A stretch of 64,000 nt of DNA from NCBI RefSeq assembly GCF_009914755.1, contig NC_060930.1. One strand, written 5' to 3'. The DNA comes from the human T2T-CHM13v2.0 reference genome, Homo sapiens. Shown here one piece after another: positions 14,325 through 36,534 of the stretch. Below the pieces are notes generated by a model. That model was not told the origin of the DNA. It worked only from the letters and a program-made list of their open reading frames with translations, and searched no databases. The position numbers and the translations under genes are program-made. The first letter of the stretch is position 1. Each line of letters starts with the position of its first letter.

Positions 14325-15765
14325 TTCATTCATGCAGTCAGTCAATAAATATTTATTGGGTGCCTATTGTATAACTGGCAATATTGTAGGTGCTGGGGGT
14401 ACACCAGTGAACACAGCAGATAATGTTCTGACCCTCAAGAACTTATATTCTGATGGAGGTAGACAGACAAATAAATATACACATATATCATGTGGCAATT
14501 GTGCAATTTAGAAAAAGCAGGGAAAGGGGAATAGAAAATGTTCGAGTCAGGGGGGAGAGTTGCTGTTTTATAAAAAGTGCTCCTTGAAGACATTATTACA
14601 AAGGTGTATTTTAAATATAAATAAAGTCAGGAAGGGAACCATGTGATTCCATGAGGTAAGACCTTTTGAAGCAGAGGAAATAGTAAGTGCAAAGGTCCTG
14701 AAGTGGGGGAGTGCTTGGCACTTTTGAGGACTAGCAATGAGGTCAACATGGCTGAGGCAGAGCCAGCAGAGAGTAGGCAAATATGATAGCAGGTGAGGTC
14801 AGGATAGTGCTGGGAGGGAACTGTTGATTTTACTCTGACTCAGGTAGGAAGTCATTGGACAGATCTGAGCAGAGGAATGCCGTGATCTGATTTACATTTT
14901 TGAACAATCATTCTGATAACAGGAATAGATAGAAGCAGGGAGGCCCATTGTGGAGGCTATTACAATATTCCCAATGAGAGATGATTGCCCCATGGACTAG
15001 GATTTTTGCAATAGAAATTCTGAGAAAGGGTCAGATTCTGGATGTATTTTGGAAGAAGAGTCAATAAGATTTGGTGCTGAGGTTGAATATGGGATGTGAG
15101 TGAAAAAGAAGACTCATGGGTGACCAAGATTTCTGACATGAATAATAAAAAATGGAGATGCTATTACTTAGGTGGGGAAGATCTAAGTAATGGCAACCTG
15201 TAGGAACAGGTTGAGGAGGGAGTAAAGAGTTTCTTTTGAGATATGTTAAGGCTGAGATTTCTGTGAGACTTACAAGTAGAATTCTTTAGTAGGCAGTGAG
15301 ATATATGGACTTGAAATTCATGGTTGAGATCCAGACCAGAGGCTTGAATTTTGGAGTCATCAACATGCAGACACTTTTCAAAAGTATGAGACTGGGTGAG
15401 ATCTCTTAGGAAGTTAATTTGAATAGATTAAAGAAGAAAGAGGACTGAGGGCCTTGTCCTGAGGCCCTCCAACATTTAGAGTGCAAAGAAATGAGGGAGA
15501 AACTGCAAAGGAGACCTAAGGAGTGGTCTTAGAGATTGGAAGAGAAGCAAGAGACTGTGCTGTCCCAGAAGCCAAAGGAAGAAAGTATTTCCAAAAAGAG
15601 TATGTAGTATATTCTATTAAATGTTGCCAGTAGATGAAATTGTAAGGATTGAAAATCAATTTTGAATTCAGCAACAAAATGGTTATTGGTGTCCTTGGCA
15701 TAATGTATTTTAGTGAAGCAGTAGCATCATATGACTGTTTGGAGAAGGTTCAAGAGAAAATATGA
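14325..15765 (-). mobile_element. L2a LINE; host of L1 element E1, resumes at ~21923-21990
   Basis: L2 3' end cattcatgcagtcagtcaataaatatttattgggtgcctattgt; purine-rich body continues as gagaggaattggaga after E1. Confidence 0.85.
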
Positions 15766-16770
15766 GGGTGGAGCCAAGATGGCCAAGGAGGAAGAGCTCC
15801 AGTCTACGGCTCCCAGCATGAGCAATGCAGAAGAGGAATGATATCTGCATTTCCAACTGAGGTACCGGGTGCATCTCACTGGGAATTGTCAGACCGGGGT
15901 GCAGTGCACCGAGCCTGAGCCAAAGCAGGGCAAGGCATCACCTCACCAGGGAAGTGCAAGGGGTCAGGGAATTCTCTTTCCTAGCCAAGGAAAGGGGTGA
16001 CGGACGGCACCTGAAAAATCGGGTCACTCCCACCCTAATACTGCACTTTTCCAACAGTCTTAGCAAACGGCACACCAGGAGATTATATTGTGTGCCTGGC
16101 TCAGAGGGTCCTATGCCCACTGAGCCTTGCTCATTGCCAGCACAGTAGTCTGAGATCAAACTGCTAGGCAGCAGCAAGGCTGGAGGAGGGGTGCCCGCCA
16201 TTCCTCAGGCTTGAGTAAGTAAACAAAGCAGCTGGGAAGCTCGAACTGGGTGGAGCCCACTGCAGCTCAAGGAGGCCTGCCTGCCTCTATAGACTCCACC
16301 TATGGGGACAGGGCATAGCCAAACAAAAGACAGCAGAAACCTCTGCAGACTTCAATGTCCCTGTCTGACAGCTTTGAAGAGAGTAGTGGTTCTCCCAGCA
16401 CGCAGATGGAGATCTGAGAACAGACAGACTGCCTCCTCAAGTGGGTCCCTGACCCCCAAGTAGCGTAACTGGGAGGCACCCCCCAGTAGGGGCAGACTGA
16501 CACCTCACATGGCTGGGTACTCCTCTGAGACAAAATGTCCAGAGGAATGATCAGGCAGCAACATTTTCTGTTCAGCAATATCTGCTGTTCTGCAGCCTCC
16601 ACTGCTGATACCCAGGCAACTGGTCTGTAGTGGACCTCCAGCAAACTCCAACAGACCTGCAGCTGAGGGTCCTGACTGTTAGAAGGAAAACTAACAAACA
16701 GGACATCCACACCAAAACTCCATCTGTAGGTCACCATCATCAAAGACCAAAGTTAGATAAAACCACAAAG
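15766..16770 (+). promoter_or_regulatory. E1 5'UTR internal sense/antisense promoter; YY1 motif intact; retains the ~129-bp ZNF93-bound segment (~16524-16649)
   Basis: aagatggcc at ~15776; segment tctgagacaaa...cagcaaactcc is present. Functional assignments are established L1 knowledge. Confidence 0.8.
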
Positions 16771-17787
16771 ATGGGGAGAAAAACAGAGCAGAAAAACTGA
16801 AAAATCTAAAAATCAGAGCACCTCTCCTCCTCCAAAGGAACACAGCTCCTCACCAACAATGGAACAAAGCTGGACGGAGAATGACTTTGATGAGTTGAGA
16901 GAAGAAGGCTACAGATGATCAAACTACTCCGAGCTAAAGGAGGAAGTTTGAACCCATGGCAAAGAAGTTAAAAACCTTGAAAAAAGATTATACAAATGGC
17001 TAACTAGAATAACCAATGCAGAGAAGTCCTTATAGGGCCTGATGGAGCTGAAAACCATGGCATGAGAACTACGTGATGAATGCACAAGCCTCAGTAGCCT
17101 ATTCAATCAACTGGAAGAAAGGGTATCAGTGATGGAAGATCAAATGAATGAAATGAAGCAAGAAGAGAGTTTAGATAAAAAAGAATAAAAAGAAACGAAC
17201 AAAGCCTCCAAGAAATATGGGACTATGTGAAAAGACCAAATTTATATCTGATTGGTGCACCTGAAAGTGACGTGGAGAATGGAACCAAGTTGGAAAACAC
17301 TCTGCAGGATATTATCCAGGAGAACTTCCCCAATCTAGCAAGGAAGGCCAACATTCAAATTCAGGAAATACAGAGAACACCAGAAAGATATTCCTTGAGA
17401 AGAGCAACTCCAAGACACATAATTGTCAGATTCACCAAAGTTGAAATGAAGGAAAAAATGTTAAGGGCAGCCAGAGAGAAAGGTCAGGTTACCCACAAAG
17501 GGAAGCCCATGAGACTACAAGCTGGTCTCTCGGCAGAAACTCTACAAGCCAGAAGAGAGTGGGGGCCAATATTCAACATTCTTAAAGAAAAGAATTTTCA
17601 ACCCAGAATTTCATATCCAGCCAAACTAAGCCTCATAAGTGAAGGAGAAATAAAATTCTTTACAGACAAGCAAATGCTGAGAGATTTTGTCACCACCAGG
17701 CCTGCCCTAAAAGAGCTCCTGAAGGAAGCACTAGACATGGAAAGGAACAACAAGTACCAGCCACTGCAAAAACATGCCAAATTGTAA
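16771..17787 (+). pseudogene. L1 ORF1p, disrupted
   Basis: ATG at 16771; frameshift/stops in the N-terminal half; C-terminal 186 aa open (RPNL...TPRHIIVRF...HAKL). Confidence 0.93.
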
Positions 17788-17850
17788 AGACCATCCAGGC
17801 AAGGAAGAAAGTGCATCAACTAACGAGCAAAATAACCAGCTAACATCATA

Positions 17851-21667
<3,817 letters not shown>

Positions 21668-22049
21668 ACAATGAAAACACATGGACACAGAAAGGGGAAC
21701 ATCACACACTGGGGCCTGTTGTGGGGTCGGGGGAGGGGGAGGGATAGCATTAGGAGATATACCTAATATTAAATGACGTGTTATTGGGTGCAGCACACCA
21801 ACATGGCACATGTATATATATGTAACAAACCTGCACATTGTGCACATGTACCCTAAAACTTAAAGTATAATTAAAAAAAAAACAAAAAACAAATTCTAGG
21901 GGTTACACACTTAAAAAAAAAAAGAAAATGTGAAGAGAGGAATTGGAGAAAAAGGAAATAGTTCCTTGGCAATAGTGGTTCTGGATATTCACTCCAATTA
22001 TAATACTTCATTCTTAGGGCCAGGTCGGTATGTCCTTTCCTGACCTTTC

Positions 22050-22315
22050 TGCATAGTGAATTCATATTCACACTTCAAACCCATGCTTACCATATCTGCA
22101 TGTGTGGATTCTTTTTGGTCTTTCAGATAGAACAAATCATTTTCTGCTTTATATGTGTTTTTAGCATAAACAGATTGTAGTACATAATTTCTTCTCCACC
22201 AGGCAGTAACTTCATGACAGCAAGTGTTGTGATTTTCTAGAATTCTCAGTGCTAAGTATAGTGTCTGCCTATCATTTAGTAATGTTCAGTTAATGTTTGT
22301 TGATCTAAACTGAAT
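22050..22315 (+). mobile_element. L2 3' end fragment
   Basis: tctcagtgctaagtatagtgtctgcc...gttcagttaatgtttgttga. Confidence 0.6.
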
Positions 22316-24077
22316 TATCTTAAAGAAATGTAGGGTCCATGTTTTCCCTTCCATTTCCAAAGGCATAATTGTGTGCCCTGCACCATGCCTTCTCCCTCAC
22401 CTCCCACTCTCCTGTCCACCCACCGGGAGCCTCAAACAGGATTCCTGTGGGAAGTTTGGCAAAGCCCTTGTTTTCATTTTTACTTTTATTATCATAAGTT
22501 CTTCCAGTTGAAGTCAGAGGGGCCCTCGCTGATGCATACAGCCAAGGAGTCTGCTTGGTGTCTTTGATGTGTTCCATCATATTGATTTGTGGTGGCATGA
22601 AATGGGTGACCCCATAATGTTCCTTTTTTCCATATATCATTAGGCCCAGCTAAGGGCTTTGTGAGTTTTCTACTCAGGCAACTGTGTTTTCCTAATATGC
22701 CTTCACCAAATGCTGACATCATTTCATCTCCAGAATCATATCAGTTATATTAGAAACAGTCTTTTATTGCACTTTGGAAGCATTTTGAGATGACATATTA
22801 TTTATTTCTATATTCAATCGGCTGTTCTTTTCTTTCTCTGGCTCTTCAATTACAGCTGTTGAACCACAGCTGTAATTTGGAGTCTTAGCTCAAAGTGACT
22901 GCTCTGTGTTTTTCTCAAGGGTCAGAAAATCGAATCTGTATTCTGCTAGTCAGGCACACTGTAAAGAGTGCCACCTTCACCTGGGTTGTTTGGAAGGCCC
23001 ATAGGTCTTGGTAACTTGGTGGATTTTGATGCACAGCCATGAGTTCCACAGGGCATTAATTCTGCTCCATTGCCTGTCCATTTGAACTAAAAAGTGCCAG
23101 TGAATACATTATACTTGAGGACCTCCAAATCCCACTTTAGTTCTTGAGGTCACTGATGTTTGCTATCTTTCGGTATCCAGAGCACATTTGAAGTGTGTTG
23201 CTATTGTGTCCTTTTTCATTTATCTTTGACAAATGCATCAGCTCTTGCTCTTGAGGAAATTAACATTTCCTTTGGTTCACAAAGCAAGATTATTTGGAAA
23301 GGTCAATGTATGTGGCACAGCACTCTGTTATGTTTCTACAGAGACACGTGTCTGGTATATTTCAGTGATGCCTCAGCTTAAAGGCTAGCTTATTTATACT
23401 GAATAGCCACATAGAAATGATCGCTATAAATTCATTTGTTATTTGAAAGAAACTGCTTTCATGTAGATTTTATGAGGGAATCCATTAAAAGAAATATTAT
23501 CAAACCTGAGCTTAAGGAGCCATTTCTGTTCTCTTTAAATCAGATTCTAAGTAACAGATGTATTTCTCCATTCTAACATGACACTGATTCAGAATGTGTC
23601 ATAGAGTGGATTAAGAAAGAGAAACCCATAAAAGATTGACCATAGAGACTTCAGGAGTTTGTCAATCCTGCAGAGAAAAAGCCTATAGGAAAAAAAAGCA
23701 AACGTTGAACACAGAAAGGAGCAGTCAGGATGGCAACACAGAGATAAAAGAAGCTACCTTTTCTCTCCTTTCAAGACATGGAACCATGCACAAGATTGAC
23801 TTGCCTCTGGGCTATGGAAGATCTGAAATGCTGCCCTAAGGAGGTGCCAGAGGATTTCCTCAGCCCAGTGGGTAAAGTAAAAATCTTCAATTTGATTTTG
23901 ATGGCAGGGAGTGGAGATTTATTCACTTTATATTCTTTTTATGGCTTTCACTGTTCATTATATTTCTTTTAAATTAACTGGTAGAAAACATGCCTGACCT
24001 CTGTGTCAGATACTTTCAGGAGGGCCAGTTGGAGATTGGAAATGGGGTAGGGATTTGAAGGGTGAGATTAGACAGCC

Positions 24078-24230
24078 AGTTTCAACCCTACCTGAATATT
24101 AGAATTTCCAGAGGAGCCCAGACTCCACTCATTGTGATGTCTTCATTAATTGCCTTGGAGTGGAAACTGAATAATCTATTTTTTTAAAGTTCCTCAGTTA
24201 TAATGTGTAGCCAGGCTGGGAACCCTTGAG
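24078..24230. mobile_element. MER5-like hAT fragment
   Basis: atctatttttttaaagttcctcag...aatgtgtagccaggctgggaacc. Confidence 0.55.
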
Positions 24231-24780
24231 TTACAGTATATGACAACACAGCAATAGTCCATGAAAGTAATTCCCAGCAGGAATCTAGTGTTAAGCCTAC
24301 ATAGCTTTACTTAAAGGTCTGTAGTTCATTACCTTGGTTATTTAGGTGCAGCTGTGCTGCCGATATTCTCTCAACTTTTGTTGATATGAACAAGATTTTA
24401 GTTTTCTTTTATTCTTAGAGGATAGTTTCTTTGGATATAATCTAGGTTGATAAGTTTTCTATTTCATCACCTTAAAAATATCATCCCATTGTCTTCTGGT
24501 CTTCTTGGTTTTGGTATAGGAATCAGCTGTTATTATCTTTGTTCTTTTATAATTAATATGGGTTTTTTTTCCTTCTAGCCTCATTTAAGATTTTCCCTTT
24601 ATTACTTATTTTCAGCAATTTGATTTTGATGTACCTTGGCTTTGTTTTGTTTGTGTGTTCCTGGAATTCGTTGAGCACCTCGGATCTGTTGTTTTATAAT
24701 TTTCATCACATTTTTGGTCACTATTTCTTCAAATATTTTTATTTCCTGTCTGCTTCTTCTATAGGACTCTAATTATATGT

Positions 24781-25609
<829 letters not shown>

Positions 25610-25851
25610 TAAGATTGTGTCTTTAATCTCTGTAAATTCCATTTGAGCTTTTAAAGATATCTTCCATTTTCTCTTCTCAGTCTGTTCTTGTATTTCTTTA
25701 CCTCCTTAAGCGTATTCATACAATTTATCTTAGCAGTTTAAAGTCCTAGTCTTCTTTTTAAATCATTTTTGCTATTTCTCAGTCTAGTTTTATTGACTAC
25801 ATTTTCTGCTGGTTATGGATCATGTTTTTCTGCTTTTCATGCCTGATAATT

Positions 25852-27655
25852 TTATTTTTTGTATTTTAAAAATTTATATCTGTTATTTTTTATGAGTTTT
25901 ATTTAAATTCAGGGATACATGTGCAAGATGTGCAGGTTTGTTACATAGGTAAATGTATATCAAGGGGCTTTGTTTTATATTCATCAGCCAGGTATTAAGC
26001 CCAGTATCCATTAGCTATTTTTCCTGACACTCTTCCTCCTCCAAACTTCTGCCCTCTGGTAGGCCCCAATGTGCATTGTTCCTCTTTATGTGTCCATGTG
26101 TTCTCATCATTTATAAGTCAGAACGTGTGGTATTTGGTTTTCTCTTCCTAGGTTAGTTTGCTAAGGATGATGGCCTCCAGCTCCACCATGTCCCTGCAAA
26201 AGACATGATCTTTTTCCTTTTTAAGGCTGCATAGTATCCCATGGTATATATGTACCACATTTTCTTTAACCAGTCTATCATTGATGGACATTTAGGTTGA
26301 TTCCATGTCTTTGCTACTGTGAATAGTGCTACAGTGAACATATGTATGCATTTATCTTTATAATAGAAGAATTTATAGTCCTTTGGGATACCCATTGATG
26401 GGTTGAATGGTATTTCTGTCTCTAGGTCTCTGAGGAATCACCACACTGTCTTCCACAATGGTTGAACTAATTTACACTCCCAAAAGCAGTGTAAAAGTGT
26501 TTCTTTTTCTCTACAACCTCACCAACATCTTTTATTTTTTGACTCTTTAATAACAGCCTTTCTGACTGGTGTGAGATGGTATCTCATTGTGGTTTTGATT
26601 TGTATTTCTCTAAAGATCAGTGATATTGAGATTTTGAAAATATGATTGCTGGCCATGTGTATATCTTCTTTAGAAACGTGTCTGTTCATGTCCTTTGCCC
26701 ACTTTTTAATGGAGTTGTCTCTTTCTTGTAAATTTGTTTAAATTCCTTATTAAATCCTGGATATTAGGCCTTTGTCAGAGGCATAGTTTGCAAACATTTT
26801 CTCCCATTCTGTAGATTGTCTGTTTACTCTGTTGATAGTTTCTTTTGCTGTGCAGAAGCTCTGTAATTAGATCCCATTTGTCAATTTTTGCTTTTGTTGC
26901 AATTGCTTTTGGCATCTTTGTCATGAACTCTTTGCCCATTCTTATGTTCAAGATAGTACTGTCTAGGTTGTCTTCCAGGGTTTTTATAGTGTTATTCTTT
27001 ACATTTAAATCTTTACTCTATCTTGAGTTGATTTATGTTTATGGTGTAGGGAAGGGGTCCAGTTTCAATACTCTGTATATGGCTAGCCAGTTCTCCCAGC
27101 ATTTATTAAATAGGGAACCCTTTCCCCATTGCTTGTTTTTGTTGGCTTTGTTGAAGATCAGATGGTTGTAGGTGTGTGGTCTTATTTCTGGGTTCTCTAT
27201 TCTGTTCCATTGGTTTATGTGTCTATTCTTGTACCAGTACCATGCTGTTTTGGTTAGGTTACTGTAGCCCTGTAGTATAGTTTGAAGTCAGGTAACATGA
27301 TGCCTCCAGATTTGTTCTTTTTGTTTAGGATTGCCTTGGCTTTTGGGCTCTTTTTTTGGTTCCATATGAATTTTAAAATAGTTTTATTCTAGTTCTGTGA
27401 AGAATGTCAATGGTAGTTTAGCGTCAATAGCATTAAATCTATAAATTGCTTTTGGCATTATGGTCATTTTAACAATACTGATTCTTCCTATCCATGAGCA
27501 TAGAATGTTTTTCTATTTGTTTGTGTCATCTCTGATTTATTTGAGCAGTGTTTTGTAATTTTCCTGTAGAGATCCTCCACTTCTCTTGTTAGTGATATTC
27601 CTAGGTATTTTATGCTTTTTGGGGCAATTGTGAATGGGGGTTCATTCATGATTTG
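25852..27655 (-). mobile_element. 5'-truncated L1PA11-13-like element
   Basis: ORF 26153-26395 is ORF2p C-terminus. TSD catgcctgataatt (25838-25851) / catgcctaataatt (27656-27669). Confidence 0.9.
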
Positions 27656-28090
27656 CATGCCTAATAATTCTAAAATTATGTCTGACATTGTGAGTTTTAC
27701 GTTTTGCTGAAATTATTTGTATTCCTTTAAAGAGTGTTGGGTTTTATTCTGGTGTGTAGTTTCATAACTTGCAGGTAAATTGGAAACTTTTAAGACTTAA
27801 TTTTAAGCTTTGTTAGGTGTTCCCAGAGAAGCCTTTATCCTGGGATTAATTTAGCTCCAATTTTAAGGCAGGACCCTTCTGTGGACTGTATGCAATGACC
27901 CATGTTAGGAGGTCTCTTCATTCTGGCTTGTGGAAACATAAGCTATTTTCACTTCTGTGTGAGCCCTGAGAAGCTGTTTTATAGCTTTCCTAAGTCTTTG
28001 GTTGTTTCTTATCATTCATGAGTAGGTCAGTATTCAGCCAAAGACTCAAGAAGATCCCTATGCAGAACTCCAGAGCTCTCTGTGAAGTTA

Positions 28091-28440
28091 TGTTATGCAA
28101 TGAACTGTATACCATAAAATTTATGTATTGAAGCCCTAATCCCTAATGTAATGGTATTTGGAGATGGGACCTTTGGGAGACAATTGGTCTAGATGAGGTC
28201 ATGGGGTGGTGTTCTCAAGTGTGACTCCCTCACCCTCTCCTTCTCCTTCCCCCACTCCTCTCTCTGCCATGTTAGGGTACAGCAAGAAGCCAGTGATCTG
28301 CCAACCAGGAAGAGAGTCCTCATCAGAACCTGGCATCCTGATCTCAGACTTCCAGCCTCTAGAACTTTCAGAAAATAAACCCCTGCTTTCTAAGCCACCA
28401 GCCATGGTATTTCGTTATGACAGCCTGAGCTGAGTCAAGT
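28091..28440 (+). mobile_element. MLT1A-like MaLR solo LTR
   Basis: gaagccctaatccctaatgtaatggtatttggagatggg...gacttccagcctctagaac...aataaa...gcctgagctga. Confidence 0.85.
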
Positions 28441-28944
28441 TGTCTCCTCTTTGTTTTTAAATCTGCAAGTTATAGGAGTCTCCACCTTCCCAAACTTTAA
28501 TCCCTATTCCTTAATTTGGAGCCCCCTCCTTGACTGTGATCGAAAACTGTTTGAAGGCATTAACTTAGAGTTCACTGATAATCTTGTTTCCCTTTTCTCA
28601 GGGATCACATTCTGTTGCCCAGAATCTGAAAAACTTTGTTTTATATACTTTATCTGGTTTTCTTGGCTATGGTGAAGTGGCAATTCCTATGGCAGGCTAA
28701 CCCTCATAGGCAGAAACCTGTGTCTTTTTAATACAATCTCATTTTATTTTATTGCTTCTGGATGTTGAATGATAGTTTGAAACATTCCTCCCTCTCCCAG
28801 GTAATAGAGGAATTTACCCATGTCTTAGTCTAATAGTTCTGTATTTTCTTTTTAACAAATTTAGTATATTTAACAAATTAGTATATGATGAATATTTTTA
28901 TCTCTAAAAATTATTTTTGTTTAAAGTGGAAGTTATTAATCCTC

Positions 28945-29092
28945 ATTCTGTATCATAAGTACTCAGGGAACTTTTAGAAACATCCATGCCCAGGCCTCAC
29001 TTTTAGAGGTTAATCGGTGGGGGTAAGACATTGGTAACTTAAAAACATTTTCCAAAATTATTATAATGTGTAAACAGGTCTGAGAATGATTA
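28945..29092. mobile_element. MER5A-like fragment
   Basis: catgcccaggcctcac...ataatgtgtaaacaggtctgagaa. Confidence 0.5.
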
Positions 29093-29099
29093 AAGTCTT

Positions 29100-29790
29100 C
29101 TTTTTTCTTTCTGATATTAATCCAGCACCTTTGACCAGCCATGAAACCTTCTTTCCAATATTAATTATACTGGATTTCATTTGATTAGTTTTTTCTTAGT
29201 AGTTTTTCTATGCTTTAACTTTCTAACTTTTTTTGTTCTTTATATTTTAAACTCGTCTTTTTGTTTATTTGTCTTTTATAAGTAGCATAAACCTGGATTT
29301 TAAACAAATTCTCTAATTTGAAACATTTATCTCTTTGCTGGTATGTTTAGTCCATTTACTTTTATTGTTATTTCTAATATTTTGGATTTACTTATACTAG
29401 TTTACTTAGCATTTTCTCTGTGTACTGCTTTTCCTATATCCCCTTTTTCTTCCTTTCTGATTTTCTATCTTCTGAATTTATTACAGTCAAAAACTTTCAC
29501 CCCCCGCCCCCGCTGCCAACATCTGGTTTGGAAGTCACACACTCTACTTCCATTCTTTTTGTGATTACTTTTGAAATTATTATGGAATATACCTAAAGCC
29601 TAAAGTTAATAAATATCTTAACCTCCTTCTGAACTTTGGAAAGACCTTAGAACACTTGAATTCTAATTATATGTTTGTATCGTATATCTAATTTTTGCCC
29701 AATATTTTTAAGTCTATCATATTTTAAACACCACAAATTAGATATTATTATTTTATATGGATATATTTTAGATTTATTATCATGTTTACC
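29100..29790 (-). mobile_element. Old L1M fragment
   Basis: tttagtccatttacttttattgttatt (antisense of ORF2 start region). Confidence 0.55.
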
Positions 29791-29819
29791 AAGAAGACAC
29801 GGAAAGACAGAAATAAGTA

Positions 29820-30370
29820 CTGAGAGTTAATATGTAGAAAAGTGGCAAATGAATTTGAATACCAAAATAGAATTATAAAATAGATACACACCTTCTCTGT
29901 ATGAAAGCAAAAATTTGTGGTTGCAAACTAAAGACAAAGAATTGTTATAGAATGTTTTCTGATGACATCAGATCAACCTAAGGCTAAAATTTAAAATAGT
30001 TGGCATTTTTATCAAGGAAATGAAAATCCAAACAATATATTCTATAATGTTATTATAGTATTTTCATCTGAAATCTGGAAGAGTGTAGTCAATTCTAATG
30101 CATCTCAAGAGAGATATGGTAGATCAATGACCAAAGATGTGTTTCTGGCTTTGGTAATAATAGCCATCATATAAAGGACAATTGGGAAACTTCAATCTAG
30201 GAGGTTAAGGCTAAAGAAAGACATGACTAAAATTTATAAATTAAGCAGTGTATAAGGTAATACATGATCTTCATCAAACTCTGAAGGAACAGTGTGTCAT
30301 TCTTTAAAACTTGTTCCTGCATTTAAGCAAATGAAGGACATAATTTTGGAAGATGTGTGGAGCTTAATAA
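29820..30370 (+). mobile_element. CR1/L3-type LINE ORF2 3' fragment
   Basis: Degenerate CR1 motifs ctggaagagtgtagtcaattct, catctcaagagagatat, aggctaaagaaagacatgactaaaatttataaa. Confidence 0.55.
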
Positions 30371-30475
30371 ACGGGGGCAGTTATAAATGAATTCATGGTC
30401 ATTTGCGTGAATTTAGGAATGGCAAAGCTACAAGGAGATAGAAAAAGAAGCTGGAATATAAATGTGAATATATTA

Positions 30476-30527
30476 TGTGCACATGCATGTGTGTGCACAC
30501 GCACGTACACACGTGCCCACACACACA
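30476..30527. repeat. Alternating purine-pyrimidine (TG/CA/CG) tract
   Basis: tgtgcacatgcatgtgtgtgcacacgcacgtacacacgtg...cacacacaca. Confidence 0.85.
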
Positions 30528-30914
30528 ACCACATCATGTCACTTGGAACCATTTGGTACAGCAGAATACTAGATTGTATTGTCCAGTTTGACAATTTCCA
30601 CATTTTGATATTGCAGTGAGAGAATGAAAATGTATTTTGGAGCAGATATCAAGAAAAGTCATACTGTATTGGTGGAACTTGAGCTAATAAATCATTGAGA
30701 GAAGGCTAGAGAGTGAAGAGGATAAGATGTTTCAAGATACCTGCCAGACAGTGGGGGGTGAGAGGGAAAAGCAGGGAGACTGAATTTAGCCAGTTTGAAT
30801 AATAGATCCTTGTTATCACATGAGCACTGAATTGAAAGCTTCCTGAGAGTTGGAATAGTGTAAGATAGGAGGATAGACTCTAGGCCAGTGGAGCCCAACA
30901 GAGCTATTACTTGT

Positions 30915-31610
30915 GCTAGTTATTAAAAAGACAAAAAATAACAGATGCTGACAAGGCTGTGGAGAAAAGAGTATGCTTATAAACAGTGGGAATGTAAATT
31001 AGTTCAGCCACTGTGGAAAGCAGTTTGGAGATGTCTCAATGAACTTAAAACAGAACTACCATTTGACTTAGCAATCTCATCACTGGGTATATACCCTAAG
31101 GAAAAGAAATCATTTTACAAAAAAAAAAAGACACATGCACTCGTATGTTCATCACAGCACCATTAACAATAGCAAAGTCACGGAATCAATCTAGGTGCCC
31201 ATCAGCAGTGGATTGGGTAAAGAAACTGGTACATATACACCACAGAATACTATGGAGCCACAAAAATAATGAAATCATGTTCTTTGCAGCAACATGGATG
31301 CAGCTGGAGGCCATCATCTTAAGCAAATTAATGCAGGAACAGAAAACCAAATACTGCATGTTCTCACTTATAGGTGGAAGTTAAACTTTGGGTACATATG
31401 ACATAAAGATAAGAACAATAGTCACTGGGCACTACTAGAGGGAGGATGAAGGGAGTGGGGAAAGGGCTGAAAAACTATTGGGTACTATGCTCAGGACCTG
31501 GGTGATGGGTTCAGTCATACCCCAAACCTCAGCATCATGCAATATACCCATGTAACAAACCTGCACATGTACTTCTTGAATCTAAAACAAAAGTTGAAAT
31601 TATTAAAAAA
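30915..31610 (+). mobile_element. 5'-truncated L1PA15/16-like 3' end
   Basis: ORFs 30945-31384 are ORF2p C-terminus; 3' end of the same type as 6950-7070. Confidence 0.88.
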
Positions 31611-31873
31611 GGTAGTTCCTATGCAGTAAAAAAGAAATATAATGTGAGGCATATCTGTACTTTTAAATTTTCTTATGCAAAAGAAATAGATGATACTGTA
31701 CTGATATGTTTTTATTGAACCCAATATATCTAAAATATTTCCATATGTAGTCAATATAAAAAATTACCAATGAGATAATTTACAGTCTTGTTTTTAATAC
31801 CAAGTCTTCAAAGTCTAATTTTACACTTATACCATATATTAGTTTGGAAGCTAAATTTTCATCAGAAATACTT

Positions 31874-32389
31874 TTTTTAATTTTATTTGTTTTTATTTTT
31901 AACAGATATTTATTTCTTAGACTGTTGAATCACCTTCTATTCCATAGAACAGTTACATTTCAGGACACATTAATGTCCTCCACTTGAAAATAATAATAGT
32001 GATCATGTTCAAATGAAGGGTTTCTCAAAGTGAAGTCTGCATACCCCCTGAGGACTTGATTCCAGATGTTCATTCCAAATGCAGATTCCAGGGCTCTCTG
32101 TCGAGAGTTTTATTTAACCTGCCTAGAGGAGGTCCAGATATCTTCATTCTATTGAGTTCCTATAGAGATTTCTGAAACATGCTAATTAGATTTAGAAATA
32201 TTTCATAATTTGTAAATTTATTTATATATGAAGCTTGAAAAACAGTAGAAAAATGAAATCTAAGTTGTATATAATGAAATGCTTCTGTGGAGTGAGGTGA
32301 TGAGGAACACAGGGTAAATAAAGTCTAACAATAAATAAAAGCATATCACGGAAAACCAAACCTCCCTATTATCCTATCTTCCAGTCTTC
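31874..32389 (-). other. 3'-transduced non-L1 sequence carried by E2 (own AATAAA and A-rich tail; contains a MER5-like fragment)
   Basis: Lies between the L1 tail and the distal copy of the 17-bp TSD. tttatt at 31909-31914; T-rich tract 31872-31900. Confidence 0.88.
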
Positions 32390-32392
32390 TTT

Positions 32393-32435
<43 letters not shown>

Positions 32436-32437
32436 TT
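32390..32437. repeat. (TTTA)n microsatellite derived from the E2 poly(A) tail
   Basis: Directly visible. Confidence 0.95.
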
Positions 32438-32642
32438 ATTATACTTTAAGTTTTAGGGTACATGTGAACATTGTGCAGGTTAGTTAAATATGTATACATG
32501 TGCCATGCTGGTGCGCTGCACCCACTAACTCGTCATCTAGCATTAGGTATATCTCCCAATGCTATCCCTCCCCCCTCCTCCCACCCCACAACAGATCCCA
32601 GAGTGTGATGTTCCCCTTCCTGTGTCCATGTGATCTCATTGT

Positions 32643-36471
<3,829 letters not shown>

Positions 36472-36534
36472 TATGATGTTAGCTGGTTATTTTGCTCGTT
36501 AATTAATGCAGTGTCTTCCTAGTCTCAATGGTCT

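Noticed and set aside
15938-16743. Antisense ORFs recurring in the three L1 5'UTRs (also 37546-38480, 50858-51883)
   Set aside because: Expected from L1 homology (antisense/ORF0 region); not independent genes.
30476-30527. Z-DNA-prone tract as a functional element
   Set aside because: Short, common microsatellite-like sequence with no supporting context.
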